Shown: piece by piece, positions 1 through 10,600 of the stretch
Position numbering within the stretch: position 1 is the first letter of the stretch
Layout: each line of letters begins with the position of its first letter
NCBI GenBank assembly: GCA_049720475.1
Contig: JBNASH010000035.1
Location: 20,015-84,014, forward strand
Source of the DNA: Minisyncoccia bacterium
GTDB lineage: Bacteria; Patescibacteriota; Minisyncoccia; UBA6257; JAAZHW01
DNA: 64,000 nucleotides
Direction: 5' to 3'
The notes under the pieces: model-generated
Databases searched by the model: none
The model's input: the letters and a program-made list of their open reading frames with translations, nothing else
Told to the model about the DNA's origin: nothing
Program-made: the position numbers and the translations under genes

Positions 1-97
1 GAACGCCGAAATCAATTAACGTGTTAAGAATGCCAACCAATCCATACTTTGCCAATTGCCAAAAAAGATTCGTGATTTTTTTAAGCAAATGGGCCAT
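1..97 (-). CDS. GtrA-family-like small membrane protein, 5'-partial in window (runs off the window start). The start is ambiguous: ATG at 97 gives an N-terminus MAHLLKKITNLFWQLAKYGLVGILNTLIDFGV, and an alternative GTG/TTG near 228-232 would add two TM helices.
   Basis: Hydrophobic open frame with the GtrA-like motif (F/Y)GLVG(I/G)LNTLIDF near the N-terminus. This frame is not in the ORF track because it leaves the window. Confidence 0.4.
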   Translation of the reverse strand, partial: MAHLLKKITNLFWQLAKYGLVGILNTLIDFGV

Positions 98-272
98 TAC
101 CACTACTAATAATGTAAGAATGGGAAAAATAATGATAAGTAGCCATCGGTAAGGCCAAAAATTTAGCAAGATATGCAAATTTAACCAAACCGGCCAAATT
201 AAAAAAGCAATAATCAATCCCACTAAAAAACCCAAAATTAAATCTTTTTTTCTCATATGTTTTTTCGCGCTG

Positions 273-344
273 CGGGTCCGGCAGGACTCGAACCTGCAGT
301 GCTGGTTTTGGAGACCAGTGGTTTGCCAATTAACCGACGGACCC
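273..344 (-). tRNA. tRNA-Trp (anticodon CCA), no encoded CCA tail
   Basis: Cloverleaf read from the reverse complement: acceptor GGGTCCG/CGGACCC, anticodon stem CTGGT/ACCAG, loop CTCCAAA, T-arm GGTTCGAGTCC. Confidence 0.85.
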
Positions 345-362
345 AAAAATATTAATCGGCAT

Positions 363-521
363 TTACTTTTTTAATTCTTTATGAACAGTTCTTTTATCAC
401 AAAAAGGACAGTATTTTTTTATTTCCAATTTTTTCTGGATTGTTTTTTTATTTTTGCGGGTGTAATAATTAATTCTTTTACACACCGTACATTGAAGTTT
501 AATTAAATTCTCTTGTGGCAT
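363..521 (-). CDS. rpmG: 50S ribosomal protein L33
   Basis: The 52-aa [52 protein letters not shown] matches the L33 pattern with its C-x-x-C ... C-x-x-C zinc ribbon. The track's ORF is longer only because it reads through the tRNA-Thr gene, so the true start is the ATG at 521. Confidence 0.8.
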   Translation of the reverse strand: MPQENLIKLQCTVCKRINYYTRKNKKTIQKKLEIKKYCPFCDKRTVHKELKK

Positions 522-553
522 AGCATTAAAATTAGAAACGACTTTGTTTCCAG

Positions 554-625
554 AGCCAGAGGAGGGAATCGAACCCTCGACCTCATTCTTACCAAGAATG
601 CGTTCTACCACTGAACTACTCTGGC
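554..625 (-). tRNA. tRNA-Thr (anticodon GGT)
   Basis: Acceptor GCCAGAG/CTCTGGC, anticodon stem CATTC/GAATG, loop TTGGTAA, T-arm GGGTTCGATTCCC. Confidence 0.85.
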
Positions 626-672
626 AATACCTTATATTTTAATCATAAAATCTAAATTTAAAAGAACAATTA

Positions 673-756
673 GTGGGCGGGGCAGGATTCGAACCTGCGT
701 AGCCACTAGGGCGACGGTTTTACAGACCGTTGCAATTGACCACTCTGCCACCCGCC
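673..756 (-). tRNA. tRNA-Tyr (anticodon GTA), class II with long variable arm
   Basis: Acceptor GGGCGGG/CCCGCCC, anticodon loop CTGTAAA, long variable arm, T-arm GGTTCGAATCC. Confidence 0.85.
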
Positions 757-769
757 CTTTAAAGATTCC

Positions 770-841
770 GAGCCGATGGTCGGATTCGAACCGACGACCT
801 ACTGTTTACAAAACAGTTGCTCTACCGCTGAGCTACATCGG
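770..841 (-). tRNA. tRNA-Thr (anticodon TGT)
   Basis: Acceptor GCCGATG/CATCGGC, anticodon stem ACTGT/ACAGT, loop TTTGTAA. Confidence 0.85.
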
Positions 842-863
842 CAAATATGAATTTTTTAAAAAA

Positions 864-1412
864 CTAGTTTTTTGCTTTTTTGCTTCTTTTTTTATTGTTT
901 AACATCTCTTCTTTTTTCTCTTCAAAAATTTCTTTTTTCTCAATTTCGGCTATGTTTTCCTCTGTTGGGACATCATCTATATTATCAACCAACTTCTCTT
1001 CTTCTATATTATTAATTCTTTCTAAATTATCCAGATCAATATTGCTTAAATCAATAATTTCTGGTTCTTTTTCTGTTAACTCATCGTTGCTGACTTGGTG
1101 AATAAACGAATTTTTTTCCTTATTTTTATTTTTAAAAGATTCGATTTTTTTCTGCAATAATGCCTCTAATTTCAAAATTAAAATATGAATGCGCCTCATC
1201 AATTTCTCTATCAACCTTTCAAAAGCGCTATCTAATTTATCCCACGGAATTTTAAAAAAGCTTTTACCAATATGATTTTCAATCTGAACTTCCAATGATT
1301 GCTCCGTTGTTGAATCCAGACCTTCAACGGATTGAGGTATTTTTCTGACTACTAAAAAAATGATTATTGCTAATCCCAAAAAAAATAATAATTGTGAAAG
1401 AATGGCAAACAT
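864..1412 (-). CDS. Hypothetical protein with an N-terminal TM anchor and a Lys/Glu-rich tail
   Basis: 182-aa ORF with N-terminal hydrophobic helix (LLFFLGLAIIIFLVV) then highly charged low-complexity sequence. No recognisable domain. Confidence 0.4.
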   Translation of the reverse strand: MFAILSQLLFFLGLAIIIFLVVRKIPQSVEGLDSTTEQSLEVQIENHIGKSFFKIPWDKLDSAFERLIEKLMRRIHILILKLEALLQKKIESFKNKNKEKNSFIHQVSNDELTEKEPEIIDLSNIDLDNLERINNIEEEKLVDNIDDVPTEENIAEIEKKEIFEEKKEEMLNNKKRSKKAKN

Positions 1413-1415
1413 ATC

Positions 1416-1997
1416 TTAAATTTCAAATCTAACAAATCTCTGAATTTTAATGTTTTCCCCTATTTTAGCAATATATTCTTTTATCACCTCCTCTACTTTT
1501 TGATCTTGATTTTTAATAAATGGTTGGTGGATTAAACAAACTTCCTGATACCATTTTTGCAACTTACCCTCAATAATTTGAGCAATAACTTTTTCGGGTT
1601 TTTTACTATCTTTAAATTCCGCTAAATAAGATTCTTTTTCTTTATTGATTAATTCTTCGGGAATATCGGCTTCGCTCACATAAAGCGGGGACATAGCCGC
1701 AATTTGCAAGGCTAAATCATGGGCCAATTCTTTGAATAAAGGATTTTTAGCCACAAAATCGGTTTCACATCGCAAATCAATCAAAACACCGATTTTGCCA
1801 TTGGCATGAATATAAGCCTCAATTAAACCAGCTTTGGTTTCGCGACTTTCTTTCTTAGCCGCAATGGCTAATCCTTTTTTCTTTAAAATCTCTTGGGCTT
1901 TATTAAAATCTCCTTTTGCTTCTTCCAAAGCATTTCGACAATCCATAATAGAAGCGCCCGTTAAATCACGTAATTCCTTTACTTGTTTTAAATCCAT
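1416..1997 (-). CDS. tsf: Elongation factor Ts (short form)
   Basis: N-terminal UBA-like LRDLTGASIMDCRNALEEAKGDFNKAQEILKKKG and a dimerisation core. Lies immediately downstream of rpsB in the classic rpsB-tsf arrangement. Confidence 0.85.
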   Translation of the reverse strand: MDLKQVKELRDLTGASIMDCRNALEEAKGDFNKAQEILKKKGLAIAAKKESRETKAGLIEAYIHANGKIGVLIDLRCETDFVAKNPLFKELAHDLALQIAAMSPLYVSEADIPEELINKEKESYLAEFKDSKKPEKVIAQIIEGKLQKWYQEVCLIHQPFIKNQDQKVEEVIKEYIAKIGENIKIQRFVRFEI

Positions 1998-2043
1998 ATT
2001 TTTGTTATCAACAAAACGACTTTATTCTATATTATAATAAATT

Positions 2044-2748
2044 TTAATCATTAATAATAAAATTGGTAATAAACTCCACACTGCTTCGATGTAAATCGCT
2101 AGCCGGAATTGGATAAGTGATACCAGTTGGATCATTATCAGTATTTACCAAAGCAATAATTGGCAATTCTAAATGTTGAGCTTCTTTAACCGCATATTGA
2201 TGTATTTTGGCATCAATAACAAAAATGGCATCGGGTAATTTTTGACAATTTTTTACACCAGAAAAAAGCTCTCTTAAATCCTCTAATTCCTTTTCAAATT
2301 TTAGTTGTTCCTTTTTGGTATATTTTTCTAATTCACCATTTTCTTTCTTTTTTTCTAATTCATTAAAATAAGCGATGCGCTTAGAAATAACCGCAAAATT
2401 AGTCAAAAATCCACCAATCCAGCGATTAATAATATAAGGATTGTTAGTTTTAATAGCAGCTGCTTCTGTAATATCATTGTTTGCCGGATTGGTATTTACA
2501 AACAAAACTGTTTTTCCTTCTTTTTTTAAAGAACCAAAAAATTCTTTGGCCTTAATTAAATTTTCGTATGTCTTTTCCAAATTTATAATTGTCTGATTGT
2601 TTTTTACCCCAACAATAAAAGGCTTCATTCGAGGATGCAAACGTGAAGTGCTATGGCCAAAACAAACCTTTGCTTCTGCCATTTCTTTGAAAATTTTTTC
2701 CTTTTCTAAATCAGGTTGAGTTAGATGGTTTTGGACGATTGTAGTCAT
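2044..2748 (-). CDS. rpsB: 30S ribosomal protein S2
   Basis: S2 motifs GHSTSRLHPRMKPFI, NRWIGGFLTNF and PDAIFVIDA. Confidence 0.9.
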   Translation of the reverse strand: MTTIVQNHLTQPDLEKEKIFKEMAEAKVCFGHSTSRLHPRMKPFIVGVKNNQTIINLEKTYENLIKAKEFFGSLKKEGKTVLFVNTNPANNDITEAAAIKTNNPYIINRWIGGFLTNFAVISKRIAYFNELEKKKENGELEKYTKKEQLKFEKELEDLRELFSGVKNCQKLPDAIFVIDAKIHQYAVKEAQHLELPIIALVNTDNDPTGITYPIPASDLHRSSVEFITNFIIND

Positions 2749-2757
2749 AATAATAAA

Positions 2758-2785
2758 ATTCTATTGAAATTTTTAAAAAATGCAA
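2758..2785 (-). promoter_or_regulatory. Putative sigma-70-type promoter for rpsB-tsf: -35 TTGCAT, 16-nt spacer, -10 TAGAAT, start codon about 9 nt downstream
   Basis: Read on the reverse complement of 2758-2785. Short or near-leaderless 5' UTR. Confidence 0.3.
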
Positions 2786-2843
2786 GTTTTAAAAGGTTTT
2801 GGCCTCTTGCTTTTTTATTTTTTTCTTATAAAATATGCTGTAT

Positions 2844-3140
2844 ATGAAAAAAGATGTCCATCCAAAATATTATCCTAATGCCAAAGTAAAATGTGTCTGT
2901 GGAAACACATTTGAAGTTGGCGCCACTGTTCCAGAAATAGAAATAGAAATTTGCTCCAAATGCCACCCTTTTTATACCGGTAAAGAAAAAATTATTGATA
3001 CTGCTGGACGCGTTGATAAATTTAAAAAACGCTTAGAAAAGAAAACTTTATTAGAAAAAGAAGGTAGGGTTGCCAAAAAAACAAAAAAGGCAAAAAAAGA
3101 GAGCGGTAAAAAGAAGATTCTTAACAAAGAAATAAAATAA
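2844..3140 (+). CDS. rpmE: 50S ribosomal protein L31
   Basis: [10 protein letters not shown] ... CxCG ... [11 protein letters not shown] zinc-ribbon pattern of L31. Start taken at the second ATG (MKKDVHP). Confidence 0.85.
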   Translation: MKKDVHPKYYPNAKVKCVCGNTFEVGATVPEIEIEICSKCHPFYTGKEKIIDTAGRVDKFKKRLEKKTLLEKEGRVAKKTKKAKKESGKKKILNKEIK

Positions 3141-3148
3141 AAAATAGA

Positions 3149-3904
3149 TTGATATCTCAATATATTGATCTTATGCCAGAAGCTAACTCAATCATTTTAG
3201 AAATAAGAGCTGGTGTTGGCGGCGAAGAAGCCGCTCTTTTTGCTGCGGAACTTCTGCGAATGTATCAGAAATATGCCCAAAAGAAAAATTGGCAAACAAC
3301 TTTATTGGATATTAGTTATAGCTCTTTAAAAGGAATTAAAGAAGCGATTTTGGAAATTACTGGTGAAGGCGTAGAAATTCTTAAAAACGAGGCAGGGGTT
3401 CACCGTGTCCAACGCATCCCTGAAACAGAGAAATCGGGTCGCGTTCATACCTCCACTGCCTCAGTTGCCGTCTTATATAAACCAAAAGATGTAAAAATCG
3501 ATATTCGACCAGAAGATTTGGAAATTTCTTTCTTCCGATCATCTGGTCCTGGCGGACAAAATGTTAATAAAGTAGAAACCGCTGTCCGAATTTTGCACAA
3601 ACCAAGCGGAATAGTTGTTTCCTGCCAAAGCGAACGATCTCAATTCAAAAATAGAGAAAAAGCTATTGAAATGTTGAAGACAAAATTATATGAGGCTAAA
3701 TGGACCAGTGATCAAGGAAAGCTTTCCGAAGAAAGACGCCAACAAATTGGCCGAGCCGATCGTTCTGAAAAAATTAAAACTTATAACTTTCCGCAAGATC
3801 GTCTCACTGATCATCGCTATAAGAAAAACTTCCATAATTTAGAAAAAATTATGGAGGGTGAACTAGATAACGTTTTTAAAATTTATCAGCAACCAAATAA
3901 TTAG
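3149..3904 (+). CDS. prfA: Class-I peptide chain release factor, RF1-type, lacking N-terminal domain 1
   Basis: Domain-2 beginning ILEIRAGVGGEEAALFAAELLRMY. PxT tripeptide (RIPETE) at residues 91-93. GGQ (SSGPGGQNVNK) at 135-137. Only 251 aa; rpmE sits immediately upstream, so there is no room for domain 1. Confidence 0.75.
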   Translation: MISQYIDLMPEANSIILEIRAGVGGEEAALFAAELLRMYQKYAQKKNWQTTLLDISYSSLKGIKEAILEITGEGVEILKNEAGVHRVQRIPETEKSGRVHTSTASVAVLYKPKDVKIDIRPEDLEISFFRSSGPGGQNVNKVETAVRILHKPSGIVVSCQSERSQFKNREKAIEMLKTKLYEAKWTSDQGKLSEERRQQIGRADRSEKIKTYNFPQDRLTDHRYKKNFHNLEKIMEGELDNVFKIYQQPNN

Positions 3905-3925
3905 CTCTAAAAATATTTAAGAAAT

Positions 3926-3960
3926 AAAAAGACCAGGATGAGTTGGTCTTTTTATTTTTT
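3926..3960. terminator. Bidirectional rho-independent terminator between prfA (+) and the convergent lytic transglycosylase gene (-)
   Basis: Stem AAAAGACCA / TGGTCTTTT flanked by an A-run and a T-run. Confidence 0.5.
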
Positions 3961-5418
3961 TAATATCGCCACCTGTTCGCTCAATTTAAAAATACCTAGG
4001 TTAGAATTTTGGATATCAGCTTCGTATTTTTGCGCCTTCTCTACCACCCACTGACCATAGCTATAAAGAAATTTTCTCCATTGACTGCCAGCGTAATAAC
4101 GAGCCGCTGCCTCTCGTTCAGCAGCATAAGTTTGTTTATCTGCTCCCAAATCTTTCAGAAGCAAAGCCATAGCCACGAAAGCATCAACATTTCTCCAAGG
4201 TGAGGGTGGATTATTACCAGTGATGGCCGCTATTCTATCTTTATATTTCCACCAGGTTGAAGGAATAAATTGGGCCGGTCCCATTGCACCGCCATAATAA
4301 CCATCAGCATTAGCACAAGAAACATAAACACTGTCAGGGCTGATGTTTAACTCCTGAACAATTTGAAGAAAAATTGGTTGATCCCTTGTTGGATGCATTG
4401 CGGTTTTCCAATTACACCGTCCAACATTTCTACCAAAGGCTGATTCTCTATCCAAAACCGCCAAAATCAAAGCTGGTCGCACACCAGTTTGATCTCCGGC
4501 AAATTTTGCCAATTTGTAAGCATCTTCAAAACGCAATTCTCCTCCGCCTAACAAACTAAAAATTCGACTTCTGATTTGACTGGCGGTTTGCTGTGTTTTT
4601 TTCAATAGTTCTTGATATTTACTCTCTTGACCTTTGGTAATTCTCATTAAATCATCTTTTTCTTTCTTTGTTGCTTCCAATTGCTTCTTTTGTGCTTCTT
4701 GTAGTGCTTTTAATTTTAAAACTTCTTCTTTTTCATTAGTTAAATTTTCCTTTTGTTCCACTAAAGCCGCCTTAAGATTTACTAATTGCTCAAGATTATT
4801 TTTGATTTGGGTTTGTAAACTAGTTAAATCGTTAACGGCAGTAAACGCATCCGATAAAGTATCTTCACTTAAAAAAACCACTAATAAACTTTTTTGACCT
4901 TCTTCATAAATTTTTTTCAAAGCATAAACAAGCATATCTTGTGTTTCATCGATATTTTTTTGTGTTTTGGCAACATTTACTTTAACAACGCCTATTTCGC
5001 TATCTAATTTCTCCAATTGCAAGGTAGTGGCTTTAATCTGAAGATTTAATTTATTAATTTGAGCATCTAAAAGTTTGATTGTTTGGTTTAGACTATTGGC
5101 TTGCTTTTGAAGAACGGCGATGTTCCCTTGATATTCATCAATTTGCGCTTCGAGTTCTTGAAGTTGTTTTTCTAAGGCTTGCCTTTCAGCAATATCTTCG
5201 TAAGAAAAAGCGATTGGCGCTATTAAAGGCGAAATGGTATTAACGGAAAAAATTAAAACAATTAATCCGGCCACAAAAAAATGCCGAACAATTTGAGGCA
5301 AACGATATAGTCGAGAAAATGATCTTCCCAAAGGATCCGGAAGGCTACCAAAAACAGTTTTCGCTCCTTTTGTTAAAACATCGGCTACTATTTTTGGTTT
5401 TTCTAAATTTTTACTCAT
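3952..5418 (-). CDS. Membrane-anchored coiled-coil protein with a C-terminal MltB-like lytic transglycosylase domain
   Basis: N-terminal TM helix. About 250 aa of Q/K/E/L-rich coiled coil. C-terminal GAMGPAQFIPSTW motif typical of the MltB/SLT_2 family. Confidence 0.6.
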   Translation of the reverse strand: MSKNLEKPKIVADVLTKGAKTVFGSLPDPLGRSFSRLYRLPQIVRHFFVAGLIVLIFSVNTISPLIAPIAFSYEDIAERQALEKQLQELEAQIDEYQGNIAVLQKQANSLNQTIKLLDAQINKLNLQIKATTLQLEKLDSEIGVVKVNVAKTQKNIDETQDMLVYALKKIYEEGQKSLLVVFLSEDTLSDAFTAVNDLTSLQTQIKNNLEQLVNLKAALVEQKENLTNEKEEVLKLKALQEAQKKQLEATKKEKDDLMRITKGQESKYQELLKKTQQTASQIRSRIFSLLGGGELRFEDAYKLAKFAGDQTGVRPALILAVLDRESAFGRNVGRCNWKTAMHPTRDQPIFLQIVQELNISPDSVYVSCANADGYYGGAMGPAQFIPSTWWKYKDRIAAITGNNPPSPWRNVDAFVAMALLLKDLGADKQTYAAEREAAARYYAGSQWRKFLYSYGQWVVEKAQKYEADIQNSNLGIFKLSEQVAILKK

Positions 5419-5423
5419 TAAAT

Positions 5424-6080
5424 TTATTCTGATTTTTCATCAGATTTTTCTTTTGATTGAATCCGTTCTGCCTTTTTCTCCTCAGTTTCAATTTTTACCT
5501 CTTCAATCGAAGGGGCAGCAACTACTTCTTCCTCTTTCGGCTCTACCACCGCCGCCACCACTGTATCTGGCGCCGCCAAAATTTTTACTTTTTCAGAAAT
5601 TTTTAGATCTTTAATTAGTATTTTTGAATCTATCGTTTCTAATTTAGAAACATCAACTGGAATATTGTGAGGCAAATCTTGAGGCAATGCTTCTACCTCA
5701 ATTTCATTTACATTTTTAATTAAAATGCCGCCAAAATTTTTAACCGCTGGCGATTCACCAATATACTCAACTGGAATGTGTGTTTTAATTTTCTGATCAC
5801 GACGAACTTGATAAAAATCTATATGAATCGGCCGATGACTAATATAGTGATGCTGAACATCATAAATTAAAACCGAATGTTTTTTATTATCGTCTTCAAC
5901 AATCAAATCAATAATATCAGTTTCACCAGCATTATTATAAACTTCTTCAAATTCTTTTTGGGGAACTGCTAAATAAATATTATCAATCCCTTTCCCATAT
6001 AAAACCGCCGGTATTAAACCGTTTTTTAAATAAGATTTTGGAGATTTATTAATATCTCTAATAATTGCTTTTAATTGCAT
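5424..6080 (-). CDS. rplY: 50S ribosomal protein L25 / general stress protein Ctc
   Basis: GLIPAVLYGKG ... HIDF motifs and an acidic C-terminal extension. Confidence 0.8.
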   Translation of the reverse strand: MQLKAIIRDINKSPKSYLKNGLIPAVLYGKGIDNIYLAVPQKEFEEVYNNAGETDIIDLIVEDDNKKHSVLIYDVQHHYISHRPIHIDFYQVRRDQKIKTHIPVEYIGESPAVKNFGGILIKNVNEIEVEALPQDLPHNIPVDVSKLETIDSKILIKDLKISEKVKILAAPDTVVAAVVEPKEEEVVAAPSIEEVKIETEEKKAERIQSKEKSDEKSE

Positions 6081-6128
6081 AGTGGTAGCATTTTAACAAA
6101 AAAAATGATTTTCGTCAATAAAAATTGT

Positions 6129-6386
6129 CTATAATCCTCTTTTTCCTTCTTTTAGTGCCTCAAAAACTAAAAGTAGGCTAACAATGCCGCTAAAAAATAA
6201 AAATGTTTCGAGATTGTGTTTATCAGCGAACCAATAACTCAAATACGGTGAATAAAGAATAGCTAGAACTAAAAAACAATATTCAATCAAAAATTGGGCC
6301 AACAAAAGCGCAATATAAGCCAAAAAAGTTTTTAATTTCTGTCTTTTTGACATTGGTGAAGAAAAAGCTGATTTTATTAATTTCAT
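6129..6386 (-). CDS. Small hypothetical membrane protein (2-3 TM)
   Basis: 85-aa hydrophobic ORF. 4-nt overlap with the upstream gene suggests translational coupling. Confidence 0.35.
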   Translation of the reverse strand: MKLIKSAFSSPMSKRQKLKTFLAYIALLLAQFLIEYCFLVLAILYSPYLSYWFADKHNLETFLFFSGIVSLLLVFEALKEGKRGL

Positions 6387-7630
6387 AAATTAATAACGCC
6401 TTTGATCAAATTCTCTTTAATTTTTTCTTCTAACGCCTCGCGGCCAAAATAGCGAATAAAAATTTCATTCCACAACGCTTCTTGTTGATGATACAAATAT
6501 TTTATCCTCTCTTTCTGTTTAACTAACGACATTACATTATCAACCAGATCAAAACTTATTAATTCTTCATTGCCATCTTGATTGAGAAAATATTTTCCGA
6601 CCCAACTGATTTCTTCCCAAAAACCAAAATCCTCTTCGATGCCCTCTAACCATTGCCCAAATTTAGCAATGTCATTTTCCGCTTTATACCAATGAACAGC
6701 CTCGGGATTAACATGAGGAATAAAAAGGCGGGGATCGTTTTCATTTTCTTTCGCAAGATACTGCTGAATAATTAACCACTGGCATTTGGCATTATCATCT
6801 AATTTTCCGCCCAAGTCACCTTTTAAAATCGTTATCAATTTTTGAGCAAAATCAGCCTCCTGACTATACTGCCGAAAAACATCGGAATAAAACTTTACTT
6901 CATAATAATAGTGCAAAAATAAAGCAATCATTCTCAACACTTCGCCCGGGATATTTAAAGATACGGGGATTAAAAAAATAACGCCAAATTCTTTTAAATG
7001 GCTGATATTGTGATATTTTTTTGCCACAAATTTCTCCGCCGCTCCTTTCCATTTAATTGATAACGCTTTCATTTTTACTTCCCTCTCTTCAAAATCTTCA
7101 GCCTTCAAATTTTCATATTGTTTAAAAAATACATTGTTTAGCCATTGATTATCTTCCACAAACCGCAAAGCAGCAAAAATTTCATCAAGATCTTCTTTTT
7201 TAACCATTTCTTCGGCATTGTCATAACCCAAATAAGACAAAATTTTTAGCGGCGGTTCTTTAATCAATAATTCTTTTGCTTTTTCTTTTTTGATGAAAAA
7301 ACCTCTTAATGGTGGAAGATGGGCGCGAAGAAAATCTAAAACCTTTTGGCAATCAGCCACATTTGTTACCAAAACATTACCCAATCGTTGAACAAAAATT
7401 TTATCCGCTTTAGCAATTTTGTTAATTAAAGCAATGAAAATTTCTTCGGCTTTTTGACTCTTCACGCCCAACCGTTTTAATCTATCATCTATTTTTTCGT
7501 TATTTTCCTTCCACAATTGTTCCAAAACACCGCTTTTCCCCACACAAGCATTCATTTGTCTCTCTAAATTTAAAATGACATCAGGAGAACAACGAAGAAT
7601 TTTGGCAATTTCTTCTTGATAATTAATCAT
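6383..7630 (-). CDS. Hypothetical protein, 415 aa, no recognisable domain
   Basis: Long uninterrupted ORF, tightly packed between the large surface-protein gene and a small membrane-protein gene. Confidence 0.45.
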   Translation of the reverse strand: MINYQEEIAKILRCSPDVILNLERQMNACVGKSGVLEQLWKENNEKIDDRLKRLGVKSQKAEEIFIALINKIAKADKIFVQRLGNVLVTNVADCQKVLDFLRAHLPPLRGFFIKKEKAKELLIKEPPLKILSYLGYDNAEEMVKKEDLDEIFAALRFVEDNQWLNNVFFKQYENLKAEDFEEREVKMKALSIKWKGAAEKFVAKKYHNISHLKEFGVIFLIPVSLNIPGEVLRMIALFLHYYYEVKFYSDVFRQYSQEADFAQKLITILKGDLGGKLDDNAKCQWLIIQQYLAKENENDPRLFIPHVNPEAVHWYKAENDIAKFGQWLEGIEEDFGFWEEISWVGKYFLNQDGNEELISFDLVDNVMSLVKQKERIKYLYHQQEALWNEIFIRYFGREALEEKIKENLIKGVINL

Positions 7631-7644
7631 AATTGGCCCTCATT

Positions 7645-10600
7645 TTATCTAGGAATAACCTCTTTCCATTCCGGCGCCGCTGCTCTGACATCAATCTTTT
7701 GGGTAATACTTTTAATCTCGTTGGCTGAATTCTTAACAGTAAGTGTAACATTTTTCGGACCAACACTAGTGAAAATAACTGTCGGATTAGGATCAGTGGA
7801 TGTAGCAATGTTGGCTCCTTCAAAACTCCAACTCCATGTCTTTAGTGATGTTCCTTTTGGCGTTAATGATCTATCAAAGAATCTTGTCTCTTTGCCAACA
7901 ACTGGGGTAAAAGGATCCCAAACAAATTTCGGAGTTAACTCTGTTACATCCTTAACTTTAGCAACAATTGATGTTTGGCTGGAATGGCCTTTTGAATCAG
8001 TAACGGTTAAGGTTACAGAGTAATTGCCTATAGTATCGCCGATTACCAATGGCGAACAACTGGTTTTATTTAAAGATGGATTTTCCGCTACTGCCCATTG
8101 ACAAATTTTTATGTCTCCATCTGGATCAGTAGAAGCATTATATAGAGTAATGGTTGGGGTATTATTATCTCCATCTATTGTGCCACTACAATTAGTCATA
8201 TCATCGGCCACACAACCAATTTTTGCTGTTGGAGGATTATCGCCAATTTCTGCTGGTGGAATAACTGGCGTTGGCGTTGGTGTTGTGCCAAATTTCAAAC
8301 TAAAACTTATTGAACCGCTTTGTGGACAAGTTAAAGCATTGCGTAATTCTACACCGATAAAGTTATCGGGACCACCGCTAATATAAGAGATGTAATAAAC
8401 ACCAGGCGGCACAGCTGAAAAAGTATAAGGTACAATATTGCCAGTGAGAATAGTCGGACCAATCAAAAGATAAGACAATTTTCCATTCCACGGCTGATTA
8501 TTATAAAGAGCTGTCACATCAATTTGACATAGATTTAAAGTTGAAAAATCAAGATAAAAAGTAACATTATCAGCTGGTTTAATTACCCTGCTCTGGGATT
8601 CTAAACCAACAAAAGAAGCATTAGTCGGACCACCTGATTGATAAATAAGAGAATACAAATCACCCTGGGCGTTTTGAATAGCCACATTATAGCTTTGAGG
8701 CTGAGTGCCGGAAATAACTGTAGGACCTGATAGAGTGTAATTAACATTACCATTCCAGACTTGGCCATCTAAACGAGCAACAATATTGATAGTGGCAACT
8801 TGAGGAACTACATTAACAGTAACATTACTACTGGCATTATTGTTATCACATGAAATAGAAAATGTTGTTGATTGAGTTAAATTAGCGATTTGTTTACTTC
8901 CTGAGGTAGCAACATTACCCGTCCATTGAGCATTAAAAGGAGTACTTGAAGCTGTACAACTGCTCACATTTACTGACGTCCACGTTAAAGTTGTATTAGC
9001 ACCCTCTGAAACTGTAGTTAGAGAAGCATCGATAGTAACAATTGGGGTTTTGGGTTTTCCTATACTCACAGTAACACTATCTGAAACCGATGTACCATTT
9101 GTTGCCTTGCAGGTAATGATAAAAGTGGTCGAAGTAACAATATCAGGAACAGTATAACCGGCATTAACTGTCATTACATCCCCATTCCAATAAGTGTTCG
9201 CTGGGTTGGCACTAGCCTTACAACTAACAACATCTTTTGAACTCCATGCCAAAACTACATCATCCCCCTTATCTATCCAAACCGGACCATCAACAAAGTC
9301 ATGACCGGGCGATTTCTGAACTTTCAAATCAACTGAAGAATTATAAGTAGCAATATCCACCTGTACCGGATCAGATAAAATATAGCCACTCCCCTCTCCT
9401 ATTAAACCATAAGTAATTAAATAAAAATTGGTTGCTGATTGAGGATAAAGAGTAAGTTGCCCTTCGTATGTTTTTTCAAAAGCAGTAACGGTTTGGGCTT
9501 GAGTAGAAGAAATTAAACCAAAAAGTTTTTGGAAAATATTCTTTACTGAGAAAGAGTTCGCCGGTTCAACATTGCTAACAGAAGTAACTAAAGGATAAAT
9601 CTGATTAGGATGAAATGGACAATCTGATGCATCACCCTCTGGCTTGCAAGTAGCATTGCCAATAACTAAAGCAATTATAGGCGGATTTGTCGATGATGGG
9701 ACAGAAATCCTAGTGTTATAAGGACAAACACAACCAGCTGGCGCAAAAGGATCCCAAGCATTATAAGCACCATAAACCCAATCACAACCATGAGCTAAAC
9801 ATTCTTCTTCGGTGGGATATGTTTCTAACGCCTCAGCTTTTTTATTTAAATTAAACAGTTGGCTAAGATTATTTTTGATTGATTCGAAACTAAACTGCTT
9901 TGATGGAGCGAGAAATCCTCCATCCCAACCTGGCGGCGGCTCGTTAGGATTTTCTTGACGTGTTTTTGGATCTCTCTCTGGTTTATTACCTCCGCCTCCA
10001 CCTGTTGAACTAGAGCCAGGACCATTAATTATTTTCCAATGCAAAGTAACTGGCTCGCCGATTTTTGAAATTTTAGTTTTATCAATGGAAAAATCATAAA
10101 TCAGCGTCCTTTTAGCATCAATAGTTGAATATCCTTCCCATTTTCCTCCTCTTATACTTACCTGATGCTTATATTGCGCCGAAGCGGTTCCTTCGGTTGC
10201 TGATACAGAAATAGCGGGATATGAAGAAGGAGAGCCGCAGGGTTTACCCGAGATGAAAGCAAACCTTGATAATTCTTGGCTATCTTGCAACGCCACACTC
10301 ATCGTACAACTGGAACAAGAATTCTGAAAAGTATAAGAAGAGGCTTTCTTTACAAACCAAGCAGGCCGAAAAGCAGAATTATTCTGGGCAGGATAAAAAC
10401 AGATTTGAGTTTTTAAATTCGAACCCGGACAACTACCGGTTTCAAAACTTGGCAATCCAGAAGTATAAAAATTAATATATTCATTACCAAAAGAAAAAGA
10501 TTTGGTTATATTAGACGAATATGTTGAAGAAATATTATAACAATCGCTGCGATAACTTAGATTAGCGTTATCATTAGAATAAGTTAATGAGCTTGGAGAG

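Noticed and set aside
81-329. 82-aa ORF reading through the tRNA-Trp gene
   Set aside because: Its upstream half is the antisense of a clear tRNA-Trp cloverleaf, so that portion cannot be coding. Only a short downstream segment (a 59-aa frame from ATG about 256) could be coding, and it has no SecE-like TM helix. The hydrophobic alternative frame (GtrA-like) looks more gene-like.
522-611. N-terminal 30-residue extension of the rpmG ORF ([21 protein letters not shown]...)
   Set aside because: It overlaps tRNA-Thr(GGT). The L33 homology begins at the internal ATG at 521.
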